A DNA stretch of 64,000 nucleotides. Source: a virus. Shown piece by piece: positions 36,237 to 45,901 of the stretch. The notes under the pieces were generated by a model. It saw only the letters and a list, made by a program, of their open reading frames with translations. It did not search any database and had not been told where the DNA came from. The stretch is taken from positions 3,802-67,801 of IMG/VR virus record IMGVR_UViG_3300027832_000016; one strand, written 5' to 3'. Both the position numbers and the translations under genes were made by a program. The stretch's first letter is position 1; every line of letters begins with the position of its first letter.

Positions 36237-36854
36237 ATGGAATACCTGATTGCAGGTACAGGCAACTCATCAGACAACGTCATCGAGGCGGGTCTTGGTG
36301 ATGTTAAAGAGGGCGCAAAGTTTCACTACTTGTGGACTGGTAAACCCACGGCTGGTCAAGCACGAGTATTGGATTGGCTGCTGGATTACTCCGCAGACTT
36401 CACAATTTACACAGAGACTGGACGCATACCCACCAACCTAGGTCAGGCCACTAGTGAAATTGTCAAGGTAGATAGCCTGTTCCCAGACGCATTAAACTTC
36501 AACAAAAAGGCTAAGGTTCTTTTGCTGTGGGATGAGAACGAGCAAAATGACCCAACTGAAACAACTAAGGAAATAGTCCTGTTGGCGGACTCCTTGGGAA
36601 TGACCATTTTAGACCTCACCAATGGGTTAGTCCCTATTGAGGTGGAGGGGGACACCCCTACCCCTACAATCCCCGCTAAGGCCACTGAGAGCCCCGTAGC
36701 GGTGTCAAAAGCATCTTCTGGTAGGTCAAGGCCCTCTCTCACTTCTGAGGCCTTAGAGAGGCTTACAATGGTTCATATGGTGCTTACCTACGAGGATGGC
36801 ACACACTCTTCAATGATTCTTACCCCACAGGAAATCGCCCTCGTATTTCCTTAA
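36237..36854 (+). CDS. Hypothetical alpha/beta (possibly SLOG-like) protein
   Basis: AAGGAG RBS; YLIAGTG start, VLLLWD. Confidence 0.65.
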   Translation: MEYLIAGTGNSSDNVIEAGLGDVKEGAKFHYLWTGKPTAGQARVLDWLLDYSADFTIYTETGRIPTNLGQATSEIVKVDSLFPDALNFNKKAKVLLLWDENEQNDPTETTKEIVLLADSLGMTILDLTNGLVPIEVEGDTPTPTIPAKATESPVAVSKASSGRSRPSLTSEALERLTMVHMVLTYEDGTHSSMILTPQEIALVFP

Positions 36855-36996
36855 AGACTGTGGGGCGGTGGTAGGAAAAAGGGGAAGAAACCCACCACCG
36901 CCGCAGACACAGCGCCCACATCCGAAGATTGGACTATCAGGGAGAAGGGGACCCCGACTAATAACAAGACTAGCACAACAACAGAAAGAGCACAAC

Positions 36997-37569
36997 ATGA
37001 CAAAGAGCAAGTTTGGCGGACAATTCATACCAGTACCGAGATGGGCATTGGAGTATCTGAGAGGGGACAATTTGGCCCTTGCGGTGCTGGTTAACGCCCT
37101 GCAATACATGGACAATGACACTCAGCAACTAACAACATCATATGAACACTTGGCCAAACTGACTGGGACTAGCAGAAGGACAGTAATCAGGGCTATGGCT
37201 CGTTTGGTTGAAATTGGGGTTATACACAAGAAGGTTCGTCGTGGAACAAAGGGCAGTAATCAGACAAACAGGTACACGATTGACTTCAACAACCCAGCAT
37301 CTGGACTGGGGGGTAGTGTCACCACAGACACTAGGGGGGGTGTCACCACAGGCACTACCCTAGTGTCACCACGGACACCCTCGGGGGGTGGCCCCAGTGA
37401 CACCCAATCTATAGAGACTTATCATAATCTAGAAGGGGGAGAAAACCAAACCAAAGAAAAAGACCTATTTCTGTCGGACCCTAAGTGGGAACGTCAGTTC
37501 AAACTAATCACGGAGAAGACTTGCAGAGAGTCTGGAGAACATGTAGAGTATCCTCCCACAGGAGGCTGA
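36997..37569 (+). CDS. HTH replication initiator-like protein
   Basis: SYEHLAKLTGTSRRTVIRAM-x2-L-x2-IG winged HTH and NRYTI, followed by a repeat-coded linker. Confidence 0.8.
   Translation: MTKSKFGGQFIPVPRWALEYLRGDNLALAVLVNALQYMDNDTQQLTTSYEHLAKLTGTSRRTVIRAMARLVEIGVIHKKVRRGTKGSNQTNRYTIDFNNPASGLGGSVTTDTRGGVTTGTTLVSPRTPSGGGPSDTQSIETYHNLEGGENQTKEKDLFLSDPKWERQFKLITEKTCRESGEHVEYPPTGG
37316..37403. repeat. Four iteron-like palindromic repeats GTGTC-N6-GACAC (putative replication origin)
   Basis: Copies at 37316, 37340, 37363 and 37388 inside the initiator gene. Confidence 0.75.
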
Positions 37570-37570
37570 T

Positions 37571-37750
37571 ATGGATGCCGAGATAGATATCGTGCTGGAA
37601 CATCTTCAGGCAAATTGCCAAGAGACATTAGCCAGATGGCGTAAAACAGCACCTGGCCCACTCAAGCAGATGGCTTGGAACAGTTACTCTGAGGATAGAG
37701 ACAAACTAGAAGAATATCAAAGCGGTATAACAGAAGGAGACAACAAGTGA
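37571..37750 (+). CDS. Small hypothetical protein (59 aa, not in track)
   Basis: AGGAGG RBS; GTGA coupling to the next gene. Confidence 0.6.
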   Translation: MDAEIDIVLEHLQANCQETLARWRKTAPGPLKQMAWNSYSEDRDKLEEYQSGITEGDNK

Positions 37751-38535
37751 TAGAAGAACACAAAGTGCGTGAAGAGCGGTACCCAGCATTTGGAAAGATT
37801 CCGCGCCATCGTAGACCAATCACAATCACCGAAAAGATTGATGGTTCAAATGGTCTAATTTTAATCGAGCAGCACCCAGAGATTCTGGATGAGTTCCATG
37901 TCCGTGCTGGTGGCCGCACACGGTGGTTGTCCTACGAAACCAAAGAGGCAGACAATCATGGTTTCGCCCGTTGGGTACAAGAGAACAAAGACACACTGGC
38001 AGCAGATCTTGGCGTGGGCCATCACTATGGCGAGTGGTGGGGTTCAAGCATCAATCGTGGCTACGGACTTCTCAACGGTGATAAACGATTCAGCCTGTTC
38101 AACATCTCTCGCTGGTTCGAGGTTCCATTTCTAACGCCGAAACTCTGTAGTGTTCCCGTGATCGCGGGGAACATCCCATGGCTTGAGGCTGAATCGGCTA
38201 TCGGGGAAGCGCTCACTGGCTTGAGGCTGCGTGGTTCATTTGCCGCCCCAGGCTACATGAAGCCAGAAGGCGTTGTTATCTTTGAACATTCAAGTAATCG
38301 TCTGTCAAAAGTTACTATTGAAAAAGATGCTGAGTGGAAGGGGAAGCAAGCAAAGAAGTCCAAAGAGGAACTCGACGCTGAGGCGGGGGAACTTTATGAG
38401 AAGACCACGGCGGATGCGCTGGACGAATACAATGAGTCAACCAAAGCATTCGCGGCGGTTTACAATGAGGCAATGAAATCTGCAAACAAACGGTTCAACG
38501 CAACGATAGACCTCATAAGTAGCGGGAGAGAATAA
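37747..38535 (+). CDS. RNA ligase (Rnl2-like nucleotidyltransferase)
   Basis: ITEKIDGSN (motif I), YGEWWG, FSLFN, PEGVV. Confidence 0.85.
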   Translation: MIEEHKVREERYPAFGKIPRHRRPITITEKIDGSNGLILIEQHPEILDEFHVRAGGRTRWLSYETKEADNHGFARWVQENKDTLAADLGVGHHYGEWWGSSINRGYGLLNGDKRFSLFNISRWFEVPFLTPKLCSVPVIAGNIPWLEAESAIGEALTGLRLRGSFAAPGYMKPEGVVIFEHSSNRLSKVTIEKDAEWKGKQAKKSKEELDAEAGELYEKTTADALDEYNESTKAFAAVYNEAMKSANKRFNATIDLISSGRE

Positions 38536-38536
38536 C

Positions 38537-38809
38537 ATGTCACAATTTCCACGGGATCATGCACTGGCAGTGTTTATGCAAAACATCGTAGAGATAACAA
38601 CTAGACGTGTCTTAGACACTGTTGAGATAGATAATGAGTTTGAGATAGCCATGAGTTCTTTGCGCATACATTATGAAAATGAGATAATGGACATTGAGCA
38701 AGATGAAGCCTCGGCTGAAGCAAACCGTCTCCACGCCTTGGATAAAAGAGATGCCGAGCAACAAGAAATAACTGCATATAACCTCTCCTGTGATGAGGGA
38801 GGAGATTGA
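38537..38809 (+). CDS. Hypothetical protein
   Basis: In operon, GGAG RBS. Confidence 0.6.
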   Translation: MSQFPRDHALAVFMQNIVEITTRRVLDTVEIDNEFEIAMSSLRIHYENEIMDIEQDEASAEANRLHALDKRDAEQQEITAYNLSCDEGGD

Positions 38810-38985
38810 TGAGTGGCAGGAACAAGATAATTGGCATGGCTAAAGAACGAGACATGTTAATGGCTAGAATTGATTTCTTGGAACATGAAGTGGAACGGCT
38901 ACGGAAGTTTGAGGTTCAACATTACATCCGTTATGGGCAGGGAAAGTTCGTCCAATACGAGACATTAGAGGAGGGGCTGTTATGA
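38809..38985 (+). CDS. Small hypothetical protein (58 aa)
   Basis: TGATG coupling; MSGRNKIIGMAKERD... Confidence 0.55.
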   Translation: MSGRNKIIGMAKERDMLMARIDFLEHEVERLRKFEVQHYIRYGQGKFVQYETLEEGLL

Positions 38986-39134
38986 AGCGAACGATGCGCT
39001 GGATGTGGGAGTACGAAACTCTTGGAACGGATGAAAAGGGTAAGCCGCTAAAGGGAACAGCAATGTCCCTAACACCAGTTGAGAACAGTAGAAGGATTCG
39101 AGTTGCACATTATGGTGAAAATAAGAAAGACTGA
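38982..39134 (+). CDS. Small hypothetical protein (50 aa)
   Basis: GAGGAGG RBS, ATGA coupling. Confidence 0.5.
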   Translation: MKRTMRWMWEYETLGTDEKGKPLKGTAMSLTPVENSRRIRVAHYGENKKD

Positions 39135-39522
39135 CGACTGGGATGTCAAATCCATAGGACAGGACATAGATGAAGGCGTGGTACACCCACTAGAAAAGAC
39201 TGGGAGTTTACTTCGTCTTGTTAGTTACTTTCGAGAGGCTACAACGTCGTCGTCCATGACACTGAACGCACCAGTAAACGGCCCAGCCTTAACAAAGGCA
39301 TTCAAGAACATGCGTGAGAAGGGAGTGACATCCAATCAGATGTACCAGATGATTGATCTGTTCGCAAAGGAGATTAAGCAAACACCACTACCAATTGAGG
39401 TTTCAGCCTGGCGAGGATTCCTTGCCAAGCAAGATAAACTATTCAAACTTGTGACTATTGGGGTTGCTGTTGTTGACGACTCAGAGTACATTTTGGACTC
39501 AAGATTGGAAAAATACTTATGA
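39112..39522 (+). CDS. Hypothetical helical protein upstream of the loader
   Basis: Coupled to the DnaC-like gene. Confidence 0.65.
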   Translation: MVKIRKTDDWDVKSIGQDIDEGVVHPLEKTGSLLRLVSYFREATTSSSMTLNAPVNGPALTKAFKNMREKGVTSNQMYQMIDLFAKEIKQTPLPIEVSAWRGFLAKQDKLFKLVTIGVAVVDDSEYILDSRLEKYL

Positions 39523-40163
39523 CCGAATGGCGCTCAGCAAGATACTGGAGAAATCGCTCACCCCTAGAACGGGTAGCAAACGCACACATTCCAAAGAGGT
39601 TTATGGGGAAGACTTTTGCGGAGTACGAGCATCAAGGCGGGGTTGACATTGTTAATTTGCTAACGGGGTGGTTAACAAACTTTGAAACAAATAGAGAGTC
39701 TGGGGAGGGCTTGTATCTATGCGGCCCAACAGGTACAGGAAAGACACACATAGCAGCAGCACTCTTACGAGAAATCGTGTTCACCAAACAACTGGGTGGC
39801 TTCTTCGTAACTAGTGACAAGTACATGGAAGCAGTATTTGACCACATGAATAAGAAAGATCGAGAATTTGATGACATGTACGGGGACCCAGACATGATTA
39901 AATACATCTACTCGGTGTACGACATTCTTGTGCTAGATGGTTTGGGGATGGAGAGGCAGTCAGATTATACTAAGAAGGCGATTACCACGATGCTCAACAG
40001 CCGCTATGAACAGAAGTTGCTCACCATAGTGACTTCGGAGTACCCAATCGACAGACTTGACACACTGTATGGTAAGCGACTACCATCCATTCTTCAAGAA
40101 TGCACCCTCTCAATTCCGTTCTCGGGGAAGGATTATCGGTTAACCAGTAATGGAAAGAAATGA
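39519..40163 (+). CDS. DnaC/IstB-like AAA+ helicase loader
   Basis: IPKRF, GPTGTGKTH Walker A, LVLDGLG-E, RY-x4-TIVTS. Confidence 0.88.
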   Translation: MTEWRSARYWRNRSPLERVANAHIPKRFMGKTFAEYEHQGGVDIVNLLTGWLTNFETNRESGEGLYLCGPTGTGKTHIAAALLREIVFTKQLGGFFVTSDKYMEAVFDHMNKKDREFDDMYGDPDMIKYIYSVYDILVLDGLGMERQSDYTKKAITTMLNSRYEQKLLTIVTSEYPIDRLDTLYGKRLPSILQECTLSIPFSGKDYRLTSNGKK

Positions 40164-40590
40164 TCTTGCGCCATACGCATCAAAAATGCAGGCGACAATG
40201 TTTGAAGGCGTTCTGGCATCAGCACCTGAGGGGGTTGCTGCAATAAAGGCAAAGTTTTATCTAAAGACAGAAAAGTGGGAAGCGTACTTAAAGATGTGGA
40301 AACCAAACGTTCTACCAATAAAATACTTAGGGGATGCCATTAACCGTCTTGGGATTGGTACTGAGGTGTACACCTTGTTAAATGCTGGTATCGGTGGCGC
40401 TATCGAGAACTGGTTATCGCGCAAAGGTATAGCGACCAACGTAGTTGCCTACGACAACATCGAAGATTTGGCCTTCGACCTTCAATTTAATCGAGGCATA
40501 ACCAAGATATATACAGCAGACCAAGAACAGGCTCAGATAATTGGATTTAGGTCTACAGTGGTTACTCCAAACACAGCGTGGTCTATCTAA
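40150..40590 (+). CDS. Degenerate HAD-like protein
   Basis: FEGVLA at the position of the DxDGV motif; alpha/beta pattern. Confidence 0.5.
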   Translation: MERNDLAPYASKMQATMFEGVLASAPEGVAAIKAKFYLKTEKWEAYLKMWKPNVLPIKYLGDAINRLGIGTEVYTLLNAGIGGAIENWLSRKGIATNVVAYDNIEDLAFDLQFNRGITKIYTADQEQAQIIGFRSTVVTPNTAWSI

Positions 40591-41855
40591 TGTCTAGTGC
40601 CGAGCATCTACTTGTTAGTAAGGTAATACAAGAAGCAGACTTTACATACCCATTAAAACATGGGGTTAAAGCAGAGCACTTAACTACTGAGTGGTCCATT
40701 GTATGGGCATGGATGCTCACCTTTTGGCGCGACCATGATGCCGTCCCAACTGTTCGTGCGGTCAAGCAAGAGTTTGGCGACCTCACATTTGTTGATGCAA
40801 CTAATGAGCCCTTTAGTTCTCTTATTGGAGAGGTGTTTAAAGCCTCCAGACAGCGGAATCTCGTTGAGGCTATGTCCTCTGCTATGCCCGCCCTGGATAG
40901 TGGGAACACGGATGCAGCGTTTAAGATACTCGCGTCTGGTGTGGAGAGAGCGGGCGCAGATGTGGCTCGTCTTAGGGACATCAACCTCATTGATACATGG
41001 GAAGAGCGTGTCGCACGTTATGACGAGATGCGCAAAACCCCTAATGGTCTTCGTGGAATACCAACTGGAATCCCCACGCTCGACAGAATCACATCGGGCT
41101 TACGTCCACAACAGTTAGTAACCTTTGTTGGTGAAGCCAAAAAGGGTAAGTCATTGATGACACTCATGATGGCAAACGCTGCCCACCTTCATGGAAAACG
41201 CCCTCTCTTTGTATCCTTTGAGATGTCTTATGAAGAACAGGCCTCTCGTTATGACGCCATTGTTGCGAAGGTTCCCTACAGCAACATCCTACGAGGGTCT
41301 ATGACAGACAAAGAGTTTGATAGGGTCAAGGAAACCCTTAGACAACGTAAGAACATGCACCCGTTTGTAATTTCTGAGGACACATCATCACTAACGACCG
41401 TTAGTTCCTTGATGGCAAAGGTCAAGGAGTACCGCCCAGATATCCTGTTCATAGACGGTGTGTACCTAATGGATGATGAGCATGGCGCACCTAAGGGGTC
41501 ACCACAGTCCCTTACAAACATCACACGCGGACTGAAGAGGTTGGCGCAGAATGCAGACATCCCCGTGGTTGGGACAACTCAGATCTTGGCATGGAAGTTA
41601 GGTAATAAGAAGTCTCGTAGAGTTACTGCTGACGCCATTGGCTACACTTCATCTTTCGCCCAAGACTCAGACCTGATCTTGTCCATTGAGTCTGACCCAG
41701 ACATTGAGAACCAGGGAATCATTCGCGTTGTACTCGCTCGTTCAGCACCTCTTGGGGAGATACGCATTAACTGGGATTGGGACAACATGGACTTTACAGA
41801 AGTGGGGGCGGGTGATGATGCAGACACAGACGAGAGTGACAAATGGTACTACTGA
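40590..41855 (+). CDS. dnaB: Replicative DNA helicase DnaB-like
   Basis: GIPTG, GEAKKGKS, SFEM, IDGVYLM, LKRLA, QDSD motifs. Confidence 0.92.
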   Translation: MSSAEHLLVSKVIQEADFTYPLKHGVKAEHLTTEWSIVWAWMLTFWRDHDAVPTVRAVKQEFGDLTFVDATNEPFSSLIGEVFKASRQRNLVEAMSSAMPALDSGNTDAAFKILASGVERAGADVARLRDINLIDTWEERVARYDEMRKTPNGLRGIPTGIPTLDRITSGLRPQQLVTFVGEAKKGKSLMTLMMANAAHLHGKRPLFVSFEMSYEEQASRYDAIVAKVPYSNILRGSMTDKEFDRVKETLRQRKNMHPFVISEDTSSLTTVSSLMAKVKEYRPDILFIDGVYLMDDEHGAPKGSPQSLTNITRGLKRLAQNADIPVVGTTQILAWKLGNKKSRRVTADAIGYTSSFAQDSDLILSIESDPDIENQGIIRVVLARSAPLGEIRINWDWDNMDFTEVGAGDDADTDESDKWYY

Positions 41856-42747
41856 CGTAGCCGACATCCTGCGCCAACTCGGTGTAGAGGTTAAGCGGGT
41901 TGGTGAAAAGGAGATCTCAGCCCGTTGCCCAGTGCACATTAAACGTGTTGGGAAGGCAGACCAATCACCGTCTTGGTCTATGAATGCCCACAACGGTTTA
42001 TGGCTGTGCCACTCCTGTGGGGCCCGGGGCACACTATCCAGTCTTGTTGCGGAACTTACAGGTGAACCAGACTCCATTATTGCTGTGCACTCCTTTTTAG
42101 TACATGCAGGATTGGACAGATTAAACTCTGAAGAGGTTGTAGAAAAACGCCCAGAGGTTGATTGGAAGGCCTTCAGTGCTTTTGCCGCCCCATCAGATAA
42201 CAGACTACGCACACGGGGGATTGATCGTGCGTCTGCTAGTAAGCATGGTATTAGGTTTGTTAGGGAATCTCAAACATGGGTATTACCAATAGTTTCTCAG
42301 CATGGAGAGTTGTGGGGGTGGCAGGAGAAGTCACCAAGCAAGGTTCGTAACTATCCACAGGGTGTTAAGAAGTCTGAGACACTCTTCGGGCTGGACACGC
42401 TGAGTAGTTCCATTGGAGTATTGGTGGAGTCCCCATTAGACGTAGCCCGCATTTCTACCGTCGTTGATGGTTGCAGTGGTTTATCCTCCTTTGGGGCACA
42501 TGTCAGCAAAGAGCAAATATCACTGTTAGCAAATTCTGTTGACCTACTGATTGTTGCCCTAGACAACGATGCGGCTGGGATAGCCTCTGGAAAAGTTCTT
42601 ATGAGAAAGTTGCCAGCATTCCGCCATGGCATAAAGTGGTTGCAGTACTCACACACAGATGCGAAAGACATTGGGGACATGGGACACGAAGACATAGTGA
42701 CCGCCCTCAGTAAAGCATCGGTATTCCCATGGTGGTCCCATGTTTAA
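41815..42747 (+). CDS. DNA primase (CHC2 zinc finger + TOPRIM); start uncertain
   Basis: CPVH...CHSCG, LVESPLD, ALDNDAAG, KDIGD. Confidence 0.9.
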   Translation: MMQTQTRVTNGTTDVADILRQLGVEVKRVGEKEISARCPVHIKRVGKADQSPSWSMNAHNGLWLCHSCGARGTLSSLVAELTGEPDSIIAVHSFLVHAGLDRLNSEEVVEKRPEVDWKAFSAFAAPSDNRLRTRGIDRASASKHGIRFVRESQTWVLPIVSQHGELWGWQEKSPSKVRNYPQGVKKSETLFGLDTLSSSIGVLVESPLDVARISTVVDGCSGLSSFGAHVSKEQISLLANSVDLLIVALDNDAAGIASGKVLMRKLPAFRHGIKWLQYSHTDAKDIGDMGHEDIVTALSKASVFPWWSHV

Positions 42748-44281
42748 GGGTAAGTTGTACCCCTTTCAAGAAGAGGCCGCAGAGTTAATGATTGACCGTG
42801 GCCAGATGTTGTTAGCCCTGGTGATGGGCGCTGGGAAGACAGTAACGACACTCGCAGCGCTGGAAACACTCAAAGCCAGAGGAGACATTTCTAAGACACT
42901 TATTGTGGTGCCAGCCTCTTTAAAGTTTCAGTGGGAACGAGAGATCCACAAATTTACTGACGCTAAGGTAACAGTTATTGATGGCAGTGCCTCACAAAGA
43001 AAGAAGTTATGGAGGACAGCGATAAGCGTAGATTACGTTGTAGTAAATTCTGAGTCATTGATTAACGACCTCCCGCTGTATGAGAAGCATGTGTTTGACG
43101 CCATCGTGGTAGACGAAGCGACAATGATTAAAACCCCACGAACAAAGCGCTCTCGACTACTCAAGAGGATAGGTAAAAAGTACCACTACCGCTTTGCACT
43201 AACGGGTCAACCTATTGAGAATAAGCCAGAAGAGTTATTCTCAATTATGGAGTTTGTTAACCCAGCGGTATTGGGGAAGTTCTCTATCTTTGATGCTACC
43301 TTCATCGTTCGAGACGGGTTTGGGAGACCAAAAAGGTATCGTAACCTTAGATCACTACATGAGAGCATGCTCCCAGTAATGATTCGCAAGACACGAGAAG
43401 ATATAGCAGACCAACTCCCCCAAGTAATCACACACTTCATACCCGTTCCCTTCGACTACAGCGGGGCCATAACTTACAAGATATTGGCGGAAGACTTATT
43501 GGACAGCATCCAGAAGGCGCTTGATTCTCATGGGGGCAACTTTGATCTGTGGTCCCACTACTATGGTAAAGAGGGAGATGCAGTACGCGGTGAGATAATG
43601 TCGCGCCTGACAACCCTACGAATGTTCTGTGACAACCCAGAACTAGTCGTTAACTCCGCCAACAACTACAACTTGTACGGAGCGGGGAAGGGTAGTCAAC
43701 ACGCGGCACAGATGCTTGCTAAAGGTTACTTGAACAAATCAACCGCTACTCCAAAACTTGATGCGGTGCTTCAATACATAGAGACAGTATTGGACGAAGA
43801 CCCAATCAATAAGGTTGTAGTGTTTTCGTTCTTCAAGAACAATTTGCGCCTCATCCAAAAAGCATCAGCAAGCATTACGAACAGTGTGCTGTTTATGGGT
43901 GACATGGCTATGAAGGACAGGGACAAGTCTAAACAGCAGTTTTCCACAGACCCAAAAACAAGATTGTTTCTATCGTCAGACGCAGGAGGGTATGGTGTTG
44001 ACCTACCTATCGCTAATTACCTTATATCATATGACCTTCCGTGGTCCGCTGGAAAACTAGACCAACGCGAAGCCAGAATCATAAGGTTGTCATCTGAGTT
44101 CCCGCATGTTAATATTGTGTCATTCGTAATGAAGGGAAGTATTGAAGAACGGCAATATGAAATGCTGCAACAAAAGAGAGGGATTAATAAAGCCTTCATA
44201 GATGGTGGTTACGACACCAGCGGAAACTTCCAATTAAACTTAAGCACACTATCCACATTCATAACAAACAGCGAGGTATAA
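42740..44281 (+). CDS. SNF2-family helicase
   Basis: LYPFQ, MGAGKT, DEA, LTGQPIEN, DAGGYGVDL, QREARI-R. Confidence 0.92.
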   Translation: MFKGKLYPFQEEAAELMIDRGQMLLALVMGAGKTVTTLAALETLKARGDISKTLIVVPASLKFQWEREIHKFTDAKVTVIDGSASQRKKLWRTAISVDYVVVNSESLINDLPLYEKHVFDAIVVDEATMIKTPRTKRSRLLKRIGKKYHYRFALTGQPIENKPEELFSIMEFVNPAVLGKFSIFDATFIVRDGFGRPKRYRNLRSLHESMLPVMIRKTREDIADQLPQVITHFIPVPFDYSGAITYKILAEDLLDSIQKALDSHGGNFDLWSHYYGKEGDAVRGEIMSRLTTLRMFCDNPELVVNSANNYNLYGAGKGSQHAAQMLAKGYLNKSTATPKLDAVLQYIETVLDEDPINKVVVFSFFKNNLRLIQKASASITNSVLFMGDMAMKDRDKSKQQFSTDPKTRLFLSSDAGGYGVDLPIANYLISYDLPWSAGKLDQREARIIRLSSEFPHVNIVSFVMKGSIEERQYEMLQQKRGINKAFIDGGYDTSGNFQLNLSTLSTFITNSEV

Positions 44282-44282
44282 C

Positions 44283-44705
44283 ATGGCAAACATAAAACGG
44301 GAAGCCCCACAAAGCACACCACTAGACGTTGAGTACACACGCAAGTTGGTAGAGGAGTACCGAAGCAGCAAAGGACTTTTGGAAGCCCTGCAAAAGCGAG
44401 TTGATGGGTTTAAGGCTGAACTGACAGGGACACTACTGGCACACGGTAAGCCTGACGAGAAGGGAAACCTTTGGATTGAGATGGGGGACATTGAAATTAA
44501 GCGAGAGCGTAGATTGACTAAGTCATTTAATAGCGCCGCTGCTGAAGCATGGTCTAAAGAGACAGGCCACTGGGACACTGTAAAAGAAACCATTGAGGTA
44601 CTAAGCGAAGACAAGTTGTTAGGACTGGCTTGGAATAATGACGCCATTCAGGAGACCCTAAAGACGTTCTACAGTGAGAAGGAAGTATGGGCGCTAAAGG
44701 CATAG
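44283..44705 (+). CDS. Hypothetical protein (coiled coil + beta)
   Basis: GAGG RBS, replication module. Confidence 0.7.
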   Translation: MANIKREAPQSTPLDVEYTRKLVEEYRSSKGLLEALQKRVDGFKAELTGTLLAHGKPDEKGNLWIEMGDIEIKRERRLTKSFNSAAAEAWSKETGHWDTVKETIEVLSEDKLLGLAWNNDAIQETLKTFYSEKEVWALKA

Positions 44706-45130
44706 ACGCCGCCAACAAGAACTACCCAGGTTCGACGGTTCCCAAAAGCAGGGCAGCAGTAAAGGCGAAGAACCTAACTGACGATCCTTTCTATGGTACT
44801 AAGCCCGTATACTTTCTAGTGAACGGTGAGAAAACCCCCTTTTATAAGATTGGAGATGTTGCTAGTCTATTACATAGGTCCCCAACCACCATACGGGCGT
44901 GGGAATCCAGGGGTTATATCCCCAACGCCACCTATAGGACAGACAAGCCAACGGGGACACAAATTCCTGGTAAATCTGTAAAAGGATGTAGGTTATACAC
45001 CAAACATCAGGTAGAGTTACTACTACGGTCACTTCAACAGTTCGGTCTTGTCTCACGGAATAGGACCGTTTCGGAAAGAGCGGCTTGGATAGCATTCACA
45101 AAACACATCAAGGAAAACTGGAAAAAGTAA
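44687..45130 (+). CDS. MerR-type HTH DNA-binding protein
   Basis: YKIGDVA-x6-TTIRAWE-x2-G-IP...RLYT. Confidence 0.8.
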   Translation: MGAKGIDAANKNYPGSTVPKSRAAVKAKNLTDDPFYGTKPVYFLVNGEKTPFYKIGDVASLLHRSPTTIRAWESRGYIPNATYRTDKPTGTQIPGKSVKGCRLYTKHQVELLLRSLQQFGLVSRNRTVSERAAWIAFTKHIKENWKK

Positions 45131-45173
45131 GCATAATCACATAAACACCCAACACAGAAAGCAAACAACTAAC

Positions 45174-45896
45174 ATGACAAAGAACAGATACGAAGACTTC
45201 GAGACAGACGACGAAGCGGAGTTCACTACTCCGACAGCAAAGAAACAAGCAGGCATATCCGTTAAGGAAGCCGATGACGATGACACACCAGCAAAGGCCA
45301 CAGCCCCCGTCGCCCGCACCATCAAACGCGGTTGGGGTGCAGCAGAAAAGATCAAGGAAGCCTCTTCTGACTTCGCCCAACGTTTCAAGGTTCTTGAGAC
45401 AACTCAGGTAATTAAGTTCCTAGAGGATGAGCCATACGCATCTTTTAGGACTCACTGGATTGAGCGCACGGGTCAGAAGTCCTTCACTTGTCTACATGAC
45501 TCCCCACAGGGTTGTCCACTGTGTGACGCTGGAAACCGCCCAAGCACTAAGTTCGCCTTTAACATCGGGCTAATGGATGAAAGCGGAGACACGACTGTAA
45601 AGTCCTTCGAGGTCGGTGTGCGTTTGATCGACCAGTTGAAGAACTTTCACAACGACCCACGCCAAGGGCCACTGTCCAAGAATTATTGGGCAGTTTCAAA
45701 AACAGGCAAGGGTTCACAGACTCAGACTGTTTTGCAGATGGTTCGTGAGCGTGACTTGGAAGAGTGGGCACTTGTTGCCATCTCAGATGAGCAGATGACA
45801 TCGTTGGTAACAAACGTGTATGACGCCAGCATCTTAAGCATCCCTACACGCGCTGAGTTGCTTGCTATTGCAACAGAGTTGCTAGACGCTCGGTAA
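45174..45896 (+). CDS. Single-stranded DNA-binding protein (T4 gp32-like)
   Basis: IKFL, HW, C-x6-CPLC Zn motif, KTGKG-x2-T; directly upstream of the polymerase. Confidence 0.75.
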   Translation: MTKNRYEDFETDDEAEFTTPTAKKQAGISVKEADDDDTPAKATAPVARTIKRGWGAAEKIKEASSDFAQRFKVLETTQVIKFLEDEPYASFRTHWIERTGQKSFTCLHDSPQGCPLCDAGNRPSTKFAFNIGLMDESGDTTVKSFEVGVRLIDQLKNFHNDPRQGPLSKNYWAVSKTGKGSQTQTVLQMVRERDLEEWALVAISDEQMTSLVTNVYDASILSIPTRAELLAIATELLDAR

Positions 45897-45901
45897 ACCA
45901 C

